Source: an uncultured Chloroflexia bacterium
Lineage (GTDB): Bacteria > Chloroflexota > Limnocylindria > Limnocylindrales > CSP1-4
Length of the DNA: 64,000 nucleotides
Assembly: GCA_963779575.1 (NCBI GenBank)
Contig: CAVZYT010000005.1
Coordinates: 652,636-716,635, forward strand
Direction: 5' to 3'
Shown: positions 50,864 to 59,386 of the stretch, piece after piece
Numbering within the stretch: position 1 is the first letter of the stretch
Layout: the number at the start of each line of letters is the position of its first letter
The notes under the pieces: model-generated
Told to the model about the DNA's origin: nothing
Seen by the model: the letters and a program-made list of their open reading frames with translations, nothing else
Database searches by the model: none
Program-made: the position numbers and the translations under genes

Positions 50864-51340
50864 TTAGTCCTCGGGCGGCGGGAACGCCTGCTTGAAGCCG
50901 AACGCCTCCGGCGAGGGCCCGGCATCTTCGAGCAGCCGAAGCCTGCGAAGGGCATCATCCACGTCCGGGATCGTGCCCGCGGGCTGCCACCAGATCACCA
51001 TGTTCGGGCCGCTCCGGCGCTCGAACCACTCGAAGCGGCGCGCGAACACCGAGCGGTGGTCGGACCGGTACGTGAACGCGTGCAGGTCCTCGAGCGACGC
51101 CCAGACCGAGAGGTTGACGATGAACAGGAGATCGTCGTCGTCGACCTTGTAGTCGGTGTTGTTGCCGCCGTCGCCCTGGAGCCGCCACACGAACCCCGGG
51201 CTCCGCTCGGCGAGCGCGTTGATCTCGTCCAGCTGGGCCATGAAGTCCGCCATCGGCGGCTCGTCGAGTGGCGACACCGCGCGCCCGACGTTGAGCTGGG
51301 CGATCTCCCAGGCCGGCGCCGCACTACGGCTCGTCAGCCC
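50864..51340 (-). CDS. DUF3291-like / monooxygenase-like small protein (5' end uncertain)
   Basis: WEIAQLNVGRAVSPLDEPPMADFMAQLDEINALAERSPGFVWRLQGDGGNNTDYKVDDDDLLFIVNLSVWASLEDLHAFTYRSDHRSVFARRFEWFER. Confidence 0.75.
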   Translation of the reverse strand, partial: GLTSRSAAPAWEIAQLNVGRAVSPLDEPPMADFMAQLDEINALAERSPGFVWRLQGDGGNNTDYKVDDDDLLFIVNLSVWASLEDLHAFTYRSDHRSVFARRFEWFERRSGPNMVIWWQPAGTIPDVDDALRRLRLLEDAGPSPEAFGFKQAFPPPED

Positions 51341-52638
51341 GTCGACGCCAGGACGACCTCGGGCATGCCGGACGGCTCGCCCGCGCCGGCCCAGCGCGCG
51401 AGCGACTCGCGCGCGAACAGCTGGTCGACCACCAGCGACGACGCCCCGATCACGCCCGCGAGGCCGCCCAGCGACGAGCGGCGGATGAGCAGGTCGCGGG
51501 TGGCCAGCGGCAGCGAGCGCGCATAGACGGCCTCGCGGATCGCCGCCAGCAGGACGTCCCCGCTCTGGGCCACGCCGCCGCCGATGATCACCAGCGAGGG
51601 GTTGAAGAAGTTCACGACGCCGGCGAGCATCAGCCCGATCCGGTGCCCGGCGGCCTGGAGCAGCTCGACGGCCACGGGGTCCCCGAACGAGGCGGCCCGC
51701 GCGACGTCCTCCGCGGTCACCGCCCCCCGGCGGTCCAGCGCCTCGCGCAGCCGCAGGCTCCGTCCGTCCCGGGCGGCCGCCTCCCCGTCGCGCGCGATCG
51801 CCCCGCCGCCGGCCATCGCCTCGAGGCAGCCGATGTTCCCGCAGCGGCACACGACGGCCCGGTCCTCGGACACCTGGATGTGGCCGACGTCGCCGGCCGA
51901 GCCCTGGGCGCCGCGATGCAGCCGGCCGTCCGCGATGATGCCCGCGCCGATGCCGGTTCCCACCTTGACCACCACGACGTTGTCGTAGCCCGCCCCGATC
52001 CCGGATCGCCACTCGCCGAGGGCGAGGACGTTGACGTCGTTGTCGACCCAGACGGGCGCGTCGTAGCGATGCGCAAACCGCTCGCGCACGGGATAGCCGT
52101 CCCAGCCGGGCATGATCGGCGGGGAGATCGGACGGCCCGTCCCGTACTCGACCGGGCCTGGGACGCCGATCCCGATCCCCCAGATCCGCCCGGGCAGGCC
52201 GCGGGTCGTCGAGAGCAGCTGGCCGAACAGCTCCTCGACCCGCCCGAGGGCCACCTCCGGACCGTCGGCGATGCTGGCCGGCTCGTCGTGGTGACCCAGG
52301 ATCCGGCCGTCGAGGGTGGTGACGGCGACGTCGATGGAGCTCGCCCCGAGGTCCGCGACCAGGACGTGCCCGGCGTCGGCGCGGAACGTCAGCTGGCGCG
52401 GCGGCCGCCCGCCCGTGCTGGGACCCGGGTCGCCTTCCACGACGAGCCCCCGATCGAGCAGCTCCGCCACCCGCTGCGCGACCACGCTCCGGCTGAGGCC
52501 GGTCCGCGCCACGAGGTCGCTGCGGGACTGCGAATGACCCAGCCGGACCTCGTCGAGGACGGCGACCAGCGCGTCGAGCGCCTCCTCGGCGACCGGCCCG
52601 GGGACGGTGTCGCGAGGTGGGTTGTCGGCGGCGCCCAT
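51334..52638 (-). CDS. ROK-family transcriptional repressor (NagC/XylR-like)
   Basis: N-terminal HTH SRSDLVARTGLSRSVVAQRVAELLDRGLV; ROK domain VLVADLGASSIDVAVTTLDGRIL; CRCGNIGCLEAMAGGGAI. Confidence 0.93.
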   Translation of the reverse strand: MGAADNPPRDTVPGPVAEEALDALVAVLDEVRLGHSQSRSDLVARTGLSRSVVAQRVAELLDRGLVVEGDPGPSTGGRPPRQLTFRADAGHVLVADLGASSIDVAVTTLDGRILGHHDEPASIADGPEVALGRVEELFGQLLSTTRGLPGRIWGIGIGVPGPVEYGTGRPISPPIMPGWDGYPVRERFAHRYDAPVWVDNDVNVLALGEWRSGIGAGYDNVVVVKVGTGIGAGIIADGRLHRGAQGSAGDVGHIQVSEDRAVVCRCGNIGCLEAMAGGGAIARDGEAAARDGRSLRLREALDRRGAVTAEDVARAASFGDPVAVELLQAAGHRIGLMLAGVVNFFNPSLVIIGGGVAQSGDVLLAAIREAVYARSLPLATRDLLIRRSSLGGLAGVIGASSLVVDQLFARESLARWAGAGEPSGMPEVVLASTG

Positions 52639-52676
52639 CGGCGGATCATACGCGCGTCGCGCGAAAGGGTCATGCC

Positions 52677-52701
52677 ACTTCTACACTTGACATGCGGAAG
52701 T
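52677..52701. promoter_or_regulatory. Inverted repeat spanning a -35-like TTGACA upstream of the ROK repressor gene
   Basis: ACTTC...GAAGT arms with TTGACA at 52687-52692. Confidence 0.3.
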
Positions 52702-52842
52702 ACGATGACGGCCTGATAAAGTCAACGACCCCGACCATGCCGCCCGGTGCTGAACCGGGATCGCGGCCTCGGCGCTTTATCGCCAGGCGACCACGGCACG
52801 GCTCCCGACCCGCAACCGCCGGATCGGCGCCGACCAGACCGC

Positions 52843-52862
52843 CAAGCCATCTAGACGGCTTG
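52843..52862. promoter_or_regulatory. Candidate ROK-repressor operator upstream of the catabolic operon
   Basis: 20-bp palindrome CAAGCCATCTAGACGGCTTG (9 of 10 symmetric pairs), ~40 bp before the first Gfo/Idh gene. Confidence 0.6.
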
Positions 52863-52903
52863 ACCCACACCGTTTGATCGTCCCCGGAGGCCCCAGCCGC
52901 CAG

Positions 52904-54097
52904 ATGCCTCGACGCAGCGACATCGGCACCGCCGTCATCGGCAGCGGGTTCATCGGCACGGTGCACATCGAGGCGCTGCGCAGGATCGGCGTCAACGTCG
53001 TCGGCCTCCTGGGTTCGAGCCGCGAGAGGGCCGCGGCGCGCGCGTCGCAGGTCGACGTCGGGCATGCCTACGGGTCGCTCGACGAGGTGCTCGACGACGA
53101 CCGCGTCCGGGTCGTCCACGTCACGTCGCCCAACGAGCTGCACTACCCGCAGGCGAGGGCGATTCTCGCGTCCGGGCGCCACGTCGTGTGCGAGAAGCCC
53201 CTGGCGATGACGTCCGAGGAGTCGGGCGACCTCGTGCGCCTCGCCGCGGCGAGCGGCCTCGTCAACGCCGTGAACTTCAACATCAGGTTTTACCCGCTCA
53301 ATCAGCACGTGGCGCAGCTGGTCCGCGACGGATCGATCGGCGAGGTGCGCCTCGTGACCGGGCGCTACTTCCAGGACTGGCTGCTGTACGACACGGACTG
53401 GAACTGGCGGCTCGAGCCGGAGCGCGGCGGGGCGCTGCGCGCGGTGGGCGACATCGGGTCGCACTGGCTCGACCTGACCACGTTCCTCACCGGCCACCGT
53501 GTGCAGTCGGTGATGGCCGACTTGACCACGTTCATCCCGGTCCGTCACCGGCCTGTCGGGCCGGTGGAGACGTTCTCGACGGATCGCTCGGCGGAGACCG
53601 TGCCGGTGGAGATCCGGACCGAGGATGTCGCGACGATCCTGCTGCGGTTCGCCAACGGCGCACGCGGCCAGGTGGCCGTGTCGCAGCTCAGCCCGGGCCG
53701 CAAGAACAGCCTGCACTACGAGATCGACGGCTCCTCCTCCGCCGTCGCGTGGGATTCGGAGCAACCGGAGCAGTTGTGGATCGGTCATCGCGACCGCCCC
53801 AACGAGCTCCTGCTCCGGAACCCCGCGCTGATGAACGACCTCGGCGCCAAGGCCGCGAGGCTGCCCGGCGGCCACGTGGAGGGCTTCGCGGACACGTTCG
53901 GCGCGTTGTTCATGGCAATCTACGAGGACGTCCTCGCCGGTCGGCCGGCGGCCTCGCCGCGCTACCCGACCTTCGCGGACGGCCACGACGAGATGCTCGT
54001 CGGCGACGCTGTCGCCGGGAGCGCTCGAACCGGTGGCTGGGTGGACGTCGTCCGCGACGAGGTCCCCGCCGCCGCCGCCGCCGGCACGCCCCGATGA
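52904..54097 (+). CDS. Gfo/Idh/MocA-family oxidoreductase
   Basis: GTAVIGSGFIGTVHIEALRRIGVNVVGLLGSSRERAAARA; CEKPLAMTSEESGDLVRLAAAS; NFNIRFYPLNQHVAQLV. Confidence 0.93.
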   Translation: MPRRSDIGTAVIGSGFIGTVHIEALRRIGVNVVGLLGSSRERAAARASQVDVGHAYGSLDEVLDDDRVRVVHVTSPNELHYPQARAILASGRHVVCEKPLAMTSEESGDLVRLAAASGLVNAVNFNIRFYPLNQHVAQLVRDGSIGEVRLVTGRYFQDWLLYDTDWNWRLEPERGGALRAVGDIGSHWLDLTTFLTGHRVQSVMADLTTFIPVRHRPVGPVETFSTDRSAETVPVEIRTEDVATILLRFANGARGQVAVSQLSPGRKNSLHYEIDGSSSAVAWDSEQPEQLWIGHRDRPNELLLRNPALMNDLGAKAARLPGGHVEGFADTFGALFMAIYEDVLAGRPAASPRYPTFADGHDEMLVGDAVAGSARTGGWVDVVRDEVPAAAAAGTPR

Positions 54098-54146
54098 CCC
54101 CGACCCGTTCCGCGTGCCCCCGCCGCTCCACGGAGGACTCGCCGCG

Positions 54147-55061
54147 ATGAAGCTCGGCTTCCTGACCGCCCCGTTCCCCGAGACGCCGTTGATGGACGTC
54201 GCCGACTGGGCCGCGGGCGCCGGCTTCGAGGTCCTCGAGATCGCCTGCTGGCCGGCCTCGACCGGCCCGACCCGCCGCTACGCGGGCACGAGCCACATCG
54301 ACGTCGCCCACCTGTCCGATTCGCAGGCGACCGAGATCGTCGACCAGATCGCCGCGAAGGGCCTGTCGATCTCGGGCCTCGGGTTCTATCCCAACCCGCT
54401 CCACCCCGACCCCGAGCACCGGGCCGAGGTCATCGCGCACCTGCGGCACGTCATGGTCGCGGCCCGGAAGATGGGCGTGCCCCTCGTGAACACGTTCATG
54501 GGCGGCGACGGGTCGAAGAACCAGGACCAGAACTGGGAGGAGGCGCTCCGGGTCTGGCCCGACATCGTCAGCTTCGCGAACGACCAGGGCGTGAAGATCA
54601 CGCTCGAGAACTGCCCGATGCTGTTCAGCTACGACGAGTGGCCGGGCGGGCACAACATCGCCACGACCCCGCGGATGTGGCGCCGGATCCTCGAGCAGTG
54701 GGGCGACACGGTCGGGCTCAACTTCGACCCGTCGCACCTCGTGCTCCAGATGATCGACATCCGCCGGTTCCTGAAGGAGTTCGGGCCGCACGTCCTGCAC
54801 TACCAGGCCAAGGACCTGATGATCGACCGCGACGGGCTGTACGAGAACGGCGTGTTCTCGATGGGTATCGGCTGGCAGATCCCGCGCATCCCGGGCCTCG
54901 GCGAGGTCGACTGGTCCGTGGTGTTCAGCGAGCTGTATCGCCAAGGCTACGAGGGCGACTGCATCATCGAACACGAGGACAGGAACTTCGAAGGCGCTGA
55001 CGCGCTGGTCAAGCAAGGGTTCCTGATCGCGCGCGACGTCCTTCGGCCTTATTGCCGATGA
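54147..55061 (+). CDS. Sugar phosphate isomerase/epimerase (AP-endonuclease-2-like TIM barrel)
   Basis: MKLGFLTAPFPETPLMDVADWAAGAGFEVLEIACWP; GVKITLENCPMLFSYDEWPGGHNIATTPRMWRRILEQWGDTVGLNFDPSHLVLQMID; HYQAKDLMIDRDGLYENG. Confidence 0.93.
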   Translation: MKLGFLTAPFPETPLMDVADWAAGAGFEVLEIACWPASTGPTRRYAGTSHIDVAHLSDSQATEIVDQIAAKGLSISGLGFYPNPLHPDPEHRAEVIAHLRHVMVAARKMGVPLVNTFMGGDGSKNQDQNWEEALRVWPDIVSFANDQGVKITLENCPMLFSYDEWPGGHNIATTPRMWRRILEQWGDTVGLNFDPSHLVLQMIDIRRFLKEFGPHVLHYQAKDLMIDRDGLYENGVFSMGIGWQIPRIPGLGEVDWSVVFSELYRQGYEGDCIIEHEDRNFEGADALVKQGFLIARDVLRPYCR

Positions 55062-55116
55062 GTGCCGTCACGAACCTGCCCCAGAACCCCCACCACGACA
55101 AGGTTCGTACCCGTGC

Positions 55117-55332
55117 GTGGGTTTGCGCGTGACCGCCGACCGAGTCAGAAGGTTTCTCTTGCCCGTGTGGGTCGGCTACGCGGGGTTGTGGGTCCTCTAT
55201 TGGGGTTACATCGCGACCCTCGGAGGAGGCATCGACTCGCGGACTCAAGCAGTGTCGATGGGGCTCAGTGGCATCGTCGGCGCCTGCGGCCTGATAACCG
55301 GCTGGGGTCTGCGCCGCCAGAGGTCACGATGA
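55117..55332 (+). CDS. Small two-TM protein of unknown function
   Basis: RRFLLPVWVGYAGLWVLYWGYIATLGGGIDSRTQAVSMGLSGIVGACGLITGWGLRRQ. Confidence 0.5.
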   Translation: MGLRVTADRVRRFLLPVWVGYAGLWVLYWGYIATLGGGIDSRTQAVSMGLSGIVGACGLITGWGLRRQRSR

Positions 55333-55558
55333 ACCCCGACTTTTCACACCTATCGAACAAGGTGACGCGGTTGGCGGTCGGCGGCGGCCCCGGGACCGTC
55401 ACGACGGCCTCAAGGGGTGCCGCGGTTAGCCGGAATCGACCAACTGACGCACATGGATGGTTGACGTCCACCCGTCACGCCGGCCGTGAGGCGATCCGCG
55501 TTCAAAAGGTTCGAACAATTGCCCATCTTGGGCGACCGAGTAGCTGGGTAGGCCCGAC

Positions 55559-56296
55559 TTGCCGTTGAGTATCAACTCGCTGACCGAGCGCGATATCGCG
55601 AAGACCATCGACCACTCGCTGCTGCGGCCGGAGCTGGATGACGCGTCTGTCGAGGCGGGGTGCCGGCTGGCGGCGAAGTACGACGTGGCGTCGGTGTGCG
55701 TGCGGCCGGCCGATGTGGGGCGGGCGGCGGCGCTGCTGGCCGGGACCGACGTGGCGGTGGGGACCACCGTCGGGTTCCCGCACGGGAACCACCTGACCGA
55801 GACCAAGGTGTTCGAGGCCGAGCGGGCGCTCGACGACGGGGCAACCGAGCTCGACATGGTGATCCAGATCGCCGCGCTGCGGTCGGGCCGCGACGCGGAC
55901 GTGCAGGCCGACATCGCCGCCGTGGTCGACGTCGCCCACGCCCGCGGCGCGATCGTGAAGGTCATCTTCGAGAACGCCTACCTCACCGACGACGAGAAGA
56001 TCCGGGCCTGCCGCCTGACCGAGGCCGCGGGCGGCGACTTCGTCAAGACCAGCACGGGCTTCGCGCCGTCCGGGGCCACCCACGACGACCTGCGGCTCAT
56101 GCGCGCCAACACCTCGCCCCACATCCAGGTCAAGGCCGCCGGCGGCGTCCGCACGCTCGACGCGTTGCTCGCCGTCATGGAGCTCGGCGTGACGCGGATC
56201 GGTGCCACCGCGACCGAGGCGATCATCCTCGACTTCCGCGCCCGCAAGGCGGGCGATGCGCCGCTCGCGTCGGCCGGCGCGGAGAGCGGCTACTGA
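55559..56296 (+). CDS. deoC: Deoxyribose-phosphate aldolase family (DeoC-like)
   Basis: DIAKTIDHSLLRPELDDASVEAGCRLAAKYDVASVCVRPADV; VGTTVGFPHGNHLTETKVFEAERALDDGATELDMVI; DFVKTSTGFAPSGATHDDLRLMR; VKAAGGVRTLDALL. Confidence 0.93.
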   Translation: MPLSINSLTERDIAKTIDHSLLRPELDDASVEAGCRLAAKYDVASVCVRPADVGRAAALLAGTDVAVGTTVGFPHGNHLTETKVFEAERALDDGATELDMVIQIAALRSGRDADVQADIAAVVDVAHARGAIVKVIFENAYLTDDEKIRACRLTEAAGGDFVKTSTGFAPSGATHDDLRLMRANTSPHIQVKAAGGVRTLDALLAVMELGVTRIGATATEAIILDFRARKAGDAPLASAGAESGY

Positions 56297-57354
56297 TGCG
56301 CGAGGTCGGGGTCGGCATGCTCGGCTCCGGGTTCATCGGCGAGTTCCACGCGCACGGCCTGCGCTATGTGCCGGCCACCCGCGTCGTTGCCAACTACGGC
56401 GCCGGGCCGGAGCGCCGCGAGGCGTTCGCCGCCCGCTTCGGCAGCCGGCCGATGGCGACCATCGAGGAGGTCTGTGCGGACCCCGGCGTCGACCTCGTGG
56501 TCGTCTCCCTGCCCAACCACCTGCACGTCGAGGCCGTCCGCGCCGCCGCCGCGGCGGGCAAGCCCGTCGCCTGCACGAAGCCGCTGGGCCGGAACGTCAC
56601 CGAGGCCGCCGAGATGCTGCGCCTCGTCGAGGATGCGGGCGTGTTCCACGCCTACCTCGAGAACGTCGTCTACAACAGCGAGACGATCCGGATGCGCGAG
56701 ATGGTGGAGGCCGGCGCGATCGGCCGGGTGACCACGTTCCGCGCCCGGGAGGGCCACAGCGGCCCGCACGCGCCGCACTTCTGGGACGCGGAGCTCGCGG
56801 GCGGCGGCGCCCTGCTGGACATGGCCGCGCATGGCGCCGAATGCGCGCGCTACCTGTTCGGCAAGGACGTCGAGGTGCGCGACGTGTTCGCCTGGGGCGC
56901 CACGCTCGTCCACGGCGACCGGACCAGCGCCGAGGACAACGCGGTGATGCTCATCCGGTTCGTGGACGACCGGGTGGCGACGTGCGACGTGTCGTGGTCC
57001 TCCAAGGGCGGGCTCGAGGGCCGGTTCGAGGTCTACGGCGACGCCGGGCGCATGGTCACGGACATGAGCGCGAGCGCGCTCCGGGCGTTCATCGAGCGGC
57101 CCGCGGGCTACGTCGCCGAGAAGACGGACCAGGAGACCGGCTGGGTCTACCCCGTGCCGGACGAGACCCACGTCCACGGCCACGACGAGATGATGCGCGA
57201 CGTCGTCGAGAGTCTGCGGGCAGGGCGCGAGCCACGCGAGACATTCCGCGACGGCTACGCGGTCAACGCGATCCTCGACGCCGCCTACCGCTCGATGAGC
57301 AGCGGGCACTGGGAGTCGGTCCCGGCCGGCGTGCCCGCGGTGGCGGGCGCGTGA
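56296..57354 (+). CDS. Gfo/Idh/MocA-family oxidoreductase
   Basis: VGMLGSGFIGEFHAHGLRYVPATRVVANYG; CTKPLGRNVTEAAEMLRLVEDAGVFHAYLENVVYNSETIRMREMV. Confidence 0.93.
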   Translation: MREVGVGMLGSGFIGEFHAHGLRYVPATRVVANYGAGPERREAFAARFGSRPMATIEEVCADPGVDLVVVSLPNHLHVEAVRAAAAAGKPVACTKPLGRNVTEAAEMLRLVEDAGVFHAYLENVVYNSETIRMREMVEAGAIGRVTTFRAREGHSGPHAPHFWDAELAGGGALLDMAAHGAECARYLFGKDVEVRDVFAWGATLVHGDRTSAEDNAVMLIRFVDDRVATCDVSWSSKGGLEGRFEVYGDAGRMVTDMSASALRAFIERPAGYVAEKTDQETGWVYPVPDETHVHGHDEMMRDVVESLRAGREPRETFRDGYAVNAILDAAYRSMSSGHWESVPAGVPAVAGA

Positions 57355-58148
57355 CCGCCGCGATGACGGCCGCCACGACGTGGTTCGCCGAGGCCGCGGC
57401 GATCCTCGACCGGGTCGCCAGCACCCAGGCAGAGGGGATCGAGACCGCCAGCGGCTGGTGCGCCGAGGCCATCGCCGCGGACGGCCTGGTCCACCTGTTC
57501 GGCACGGGACACTCCCGGATCCCGGTCGAGGAGATGTTCCCCCGCTACGGCTCGTATCCCGGGTTCAACCCGATCGTCGAGCTGTCGATGACCTTCCACA
57601 CCCAGGTCGTGGGGGCGAACGGCCAGCGCCAGGCGATGTTCATCGAACGGACCCCCGGGCTTGCCGAGGTCATCCTGTCCAACTTCCGGTTCGGGCCGCG
57701 GGACGTGATGATCGTGTTCTCGGCCAGCGGCCACACTGCCGTCCCGGTCGAGATGGCCCGCGGCGCCCGCCGCCGGGGCCTGCGGGTGATCGCGGTGACC
57801 TCGGTCGCCCAGTCGATGTCGGGCGAGCCCGATCCCGAGGCCGGTGGACGGCTGCTGGACGAGGCGGACCTCGTGCTCGACGTCTGCTCGCCCGCCGCCG
57901 ACGCCACGGTGACCATCGCCGGCCTCGACACCCCGGTCGGCCCGGCCTCCACGGTCGGCAATGTGGCCATCGTCAATGCCATCAAGGTCCGGACCGCCGA
58001 GCTCCTCGTGGAGCTCGGGGCCATGCCCCCGGTGATCACGCGCGCGAGCGTCGTGGGCGCCGAACGGTCGAGGACGCTGTTCGATGAAGCCTATCGAGAG
58101 CATGCGCGGCGTCTCGCCCGTGCGATCGACCAGCGAGGAGGTGGATGA
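57351..58148 (+). CDS. SIS-domain sugar isomerase family protein (UPF0309-like)
   Basis: DGLVHLFGTGHSRIPVEEMFPRYGSYPGFNPIVELSMTFHTQVVG...PGLAEVILSNFRFGPRDVMIVFSASGHTAVPVEMARGARRRGLRVIAVTSVAQS. Confidence 0.88.
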   Translation: MTAAMTAATTWFAEAAAILDRVASTQAEGIETASGWCAEAIAADGLVHLFGTGHSRIPVEEMFPRYGSYPGFNPIVELSMTFHTQVVGANGQRQAMFIERTPGLAEVILSNFRFGPRDVMIVFSASGHTAVPVEMARGARRRGLRVIAVTSVAQSMSGEPDPEAGGRLLDEADLVLDVCSPAADATVTIAGLDTPVGPASTVGNVAIVNAIKVRTAELLVELGAMPPVITRASVVGAERSRTLFDEAYREHARRLARAIDQRGGG

Positions 58149-58192
58149 CGGAACGACGATCAACCGGCGAGACTGCGCGAACTACGCGGCCG

Positions 58193-58211
58193 GCGCTCCA
58201 TTGGAGAGCGC
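58193..58211 (+). promoter_or_regulatory. Hairpin in the leader of the sugar-binding-protein gene
   Basis: GCGCTC-CATTGGA-GAGCGC, 6-bp perfect stem. Confidence 0.4.
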
Positions 58212-58237
58212 GACCGCCCCTTGGAGGAGTTGCATAC

Positions 58238-59314
58238 ATGAAGCGAAACGGAATCGCCCGCGTCGCCGTCGCGCTTGCCGCGACAGCGTTCGTCGTGGGC
58301 GCGTGCTCGAGCGGCGGCGGCTCATCGGCTGCCCCGGCGAGCGCGGGTGGCGCCCCCAGCTCGTACACGGTCGGTGTGTCGAACCCGGGCGCCGTCGGCA
58401 ACGGCTGGCGCGAGGCGATGATCTGCTCGGCGAAGGCCCAGGCGGTCAAGCAGGGCAACATCACCGGCGTCTCCGTCGAATCTGAGAAGACCGACGCGGC
58501 CGGCCAGCTCACCCAGATCCGCAACCTGATCGCCAAGGGCGTCAAGTCCCTGCTGATCAACCCGGCCAGCCCGGATGCGCTCAACCCCGCCATCAAGGAG
58601 GCGATCGACGCCGGGATCGCCGTCGTGGCGATCGACGCGCCGGTCACCGCCCCGGGGGCATGGAACCTGTCCAACGACCAGGAGCAGTACGCGTACCTCG
58701 GCGCCAAGTGGCTGTTCGAGCAGCTCGGCGGCAAGGGTGCAGTCGTCTACATGCGCGGCATCCCCGGCCACCCGGCCGACACCGACCGCGACAAGGGCTT
58801 CAAGAAGGCCATGGCCGAGTACCCGGGCATCACCATTGCCAAGGAAACCTCGACCGAGTGGGACCAGAAGAAGGGCACCGACCAGATCAACGAGATCCTC
58901 GCCGCGGGCACCAAGTTCGACGGCGTCTGGACCTCGGGCATCGACAACGTCATCGTCGACGCGCTCGTTGAAGCCAAGCACATCGTGCCGATCGTCGGCG
59001 CCGACAACGCCGGCTTCGTCAAGCAGCTGCTGACGATCGACGGCCTCAAGGGTGCCGCTGTCACCAACCCGGCCGCCGTCGGCGGCGCAGGCGTGGTGCT
59101 CGCCGATCAGATCCTGAACGGCAAGGCCCCTGCGGACCACAACGTCCACGTCACCCCCGACCTGTGGGAGAACGTGACCGCTGAAGGCAAGGCCAAGCTG
59201 ACCGCTGCGGCCGACCCGTCCCTGCCGGCGATCTGGCCCCTGGGCCTGACCGTCAAGGACTGGACGACCTACGACCCGGCCGCCGTCAAGGCGTGCAAGG
59301 GCCCCGGCGAGTAG
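58238..59314 (+). CDS. Sugar-binding lipoprotein of an RbsB-type ABC transporter (Peripla_BP_4-like)
   Basis: Lipobox ATAFVVGACSSGGG; YTVGVSNPGAVGNGWREAMICSAKAQAVKQGNITGVSV...QLTQIRNLIAKGVKSLLINPASPDALNPAIKEAIDAGIAVVAIDAPV. Confidence 0.93.
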   Translation: MKRNGIARVAVALAATAFVVGACSSGGGSSAAPASAGGAPSSYTVGVSNPGAVGNGWREAMICSAKAQAVKQGNITGVSVESEKTDAAGQLTQIRNLIAKGVKSLLINPASPDALNPAIKEAIDAGIAVVAIDAPVTAPGAWNLSNDQEQYAYLGAKWLFEQLGGKGAVVYMRGIPGHPADTDRDKGFKKAMAEYPGITIAKETSTEWDQKKGTDQINEILAAGTKFDGVWTSGIDNVIVDALVEAKHIVPIVGADNAGFVKQLLTIDGLKGAAVTNPAAVGGAGVVLADQILNGKAPADHNVHVTPDLWENVTAEGKAKLTAAADPSLPAIWPLGLTVKDWTTYDPAAVKACKGPGE

Positions 59315-59338
59315 CGTCCCGCCACATCGCGACCAAGC

Positions 59339-59365
59339 GGGGCTGCCGGCATCGCCGGCAGCCCC
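59339..59365 (+). promoter_or_regulatory. Perfect 12-bp intercistronic hairpin between the sugar-binding-protein and ATPase genes
   Basis: GGGGCTGCCGGC-ATC-GCCGGCAGCCCC. Confidence 0.88.
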
Positions 59366-59386
59366 AACCTCTACCCTAGGGGTCCG

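Noticed and set aside
50351-51526. 391-aa plus-strand ORF
   Set aside because: It overlaps the DUF3291-like and ROK genes in antisense and has no coherent domain text.
55508-55516. GGTTCGAAC resembling a tRNA T-loop, i.e. a possible tRNA or att remnant
   Set aside because: The flanks cannot form a T-stem or acceptor stem, no anticodon arm is visible upstream, and no integrase is nearby.
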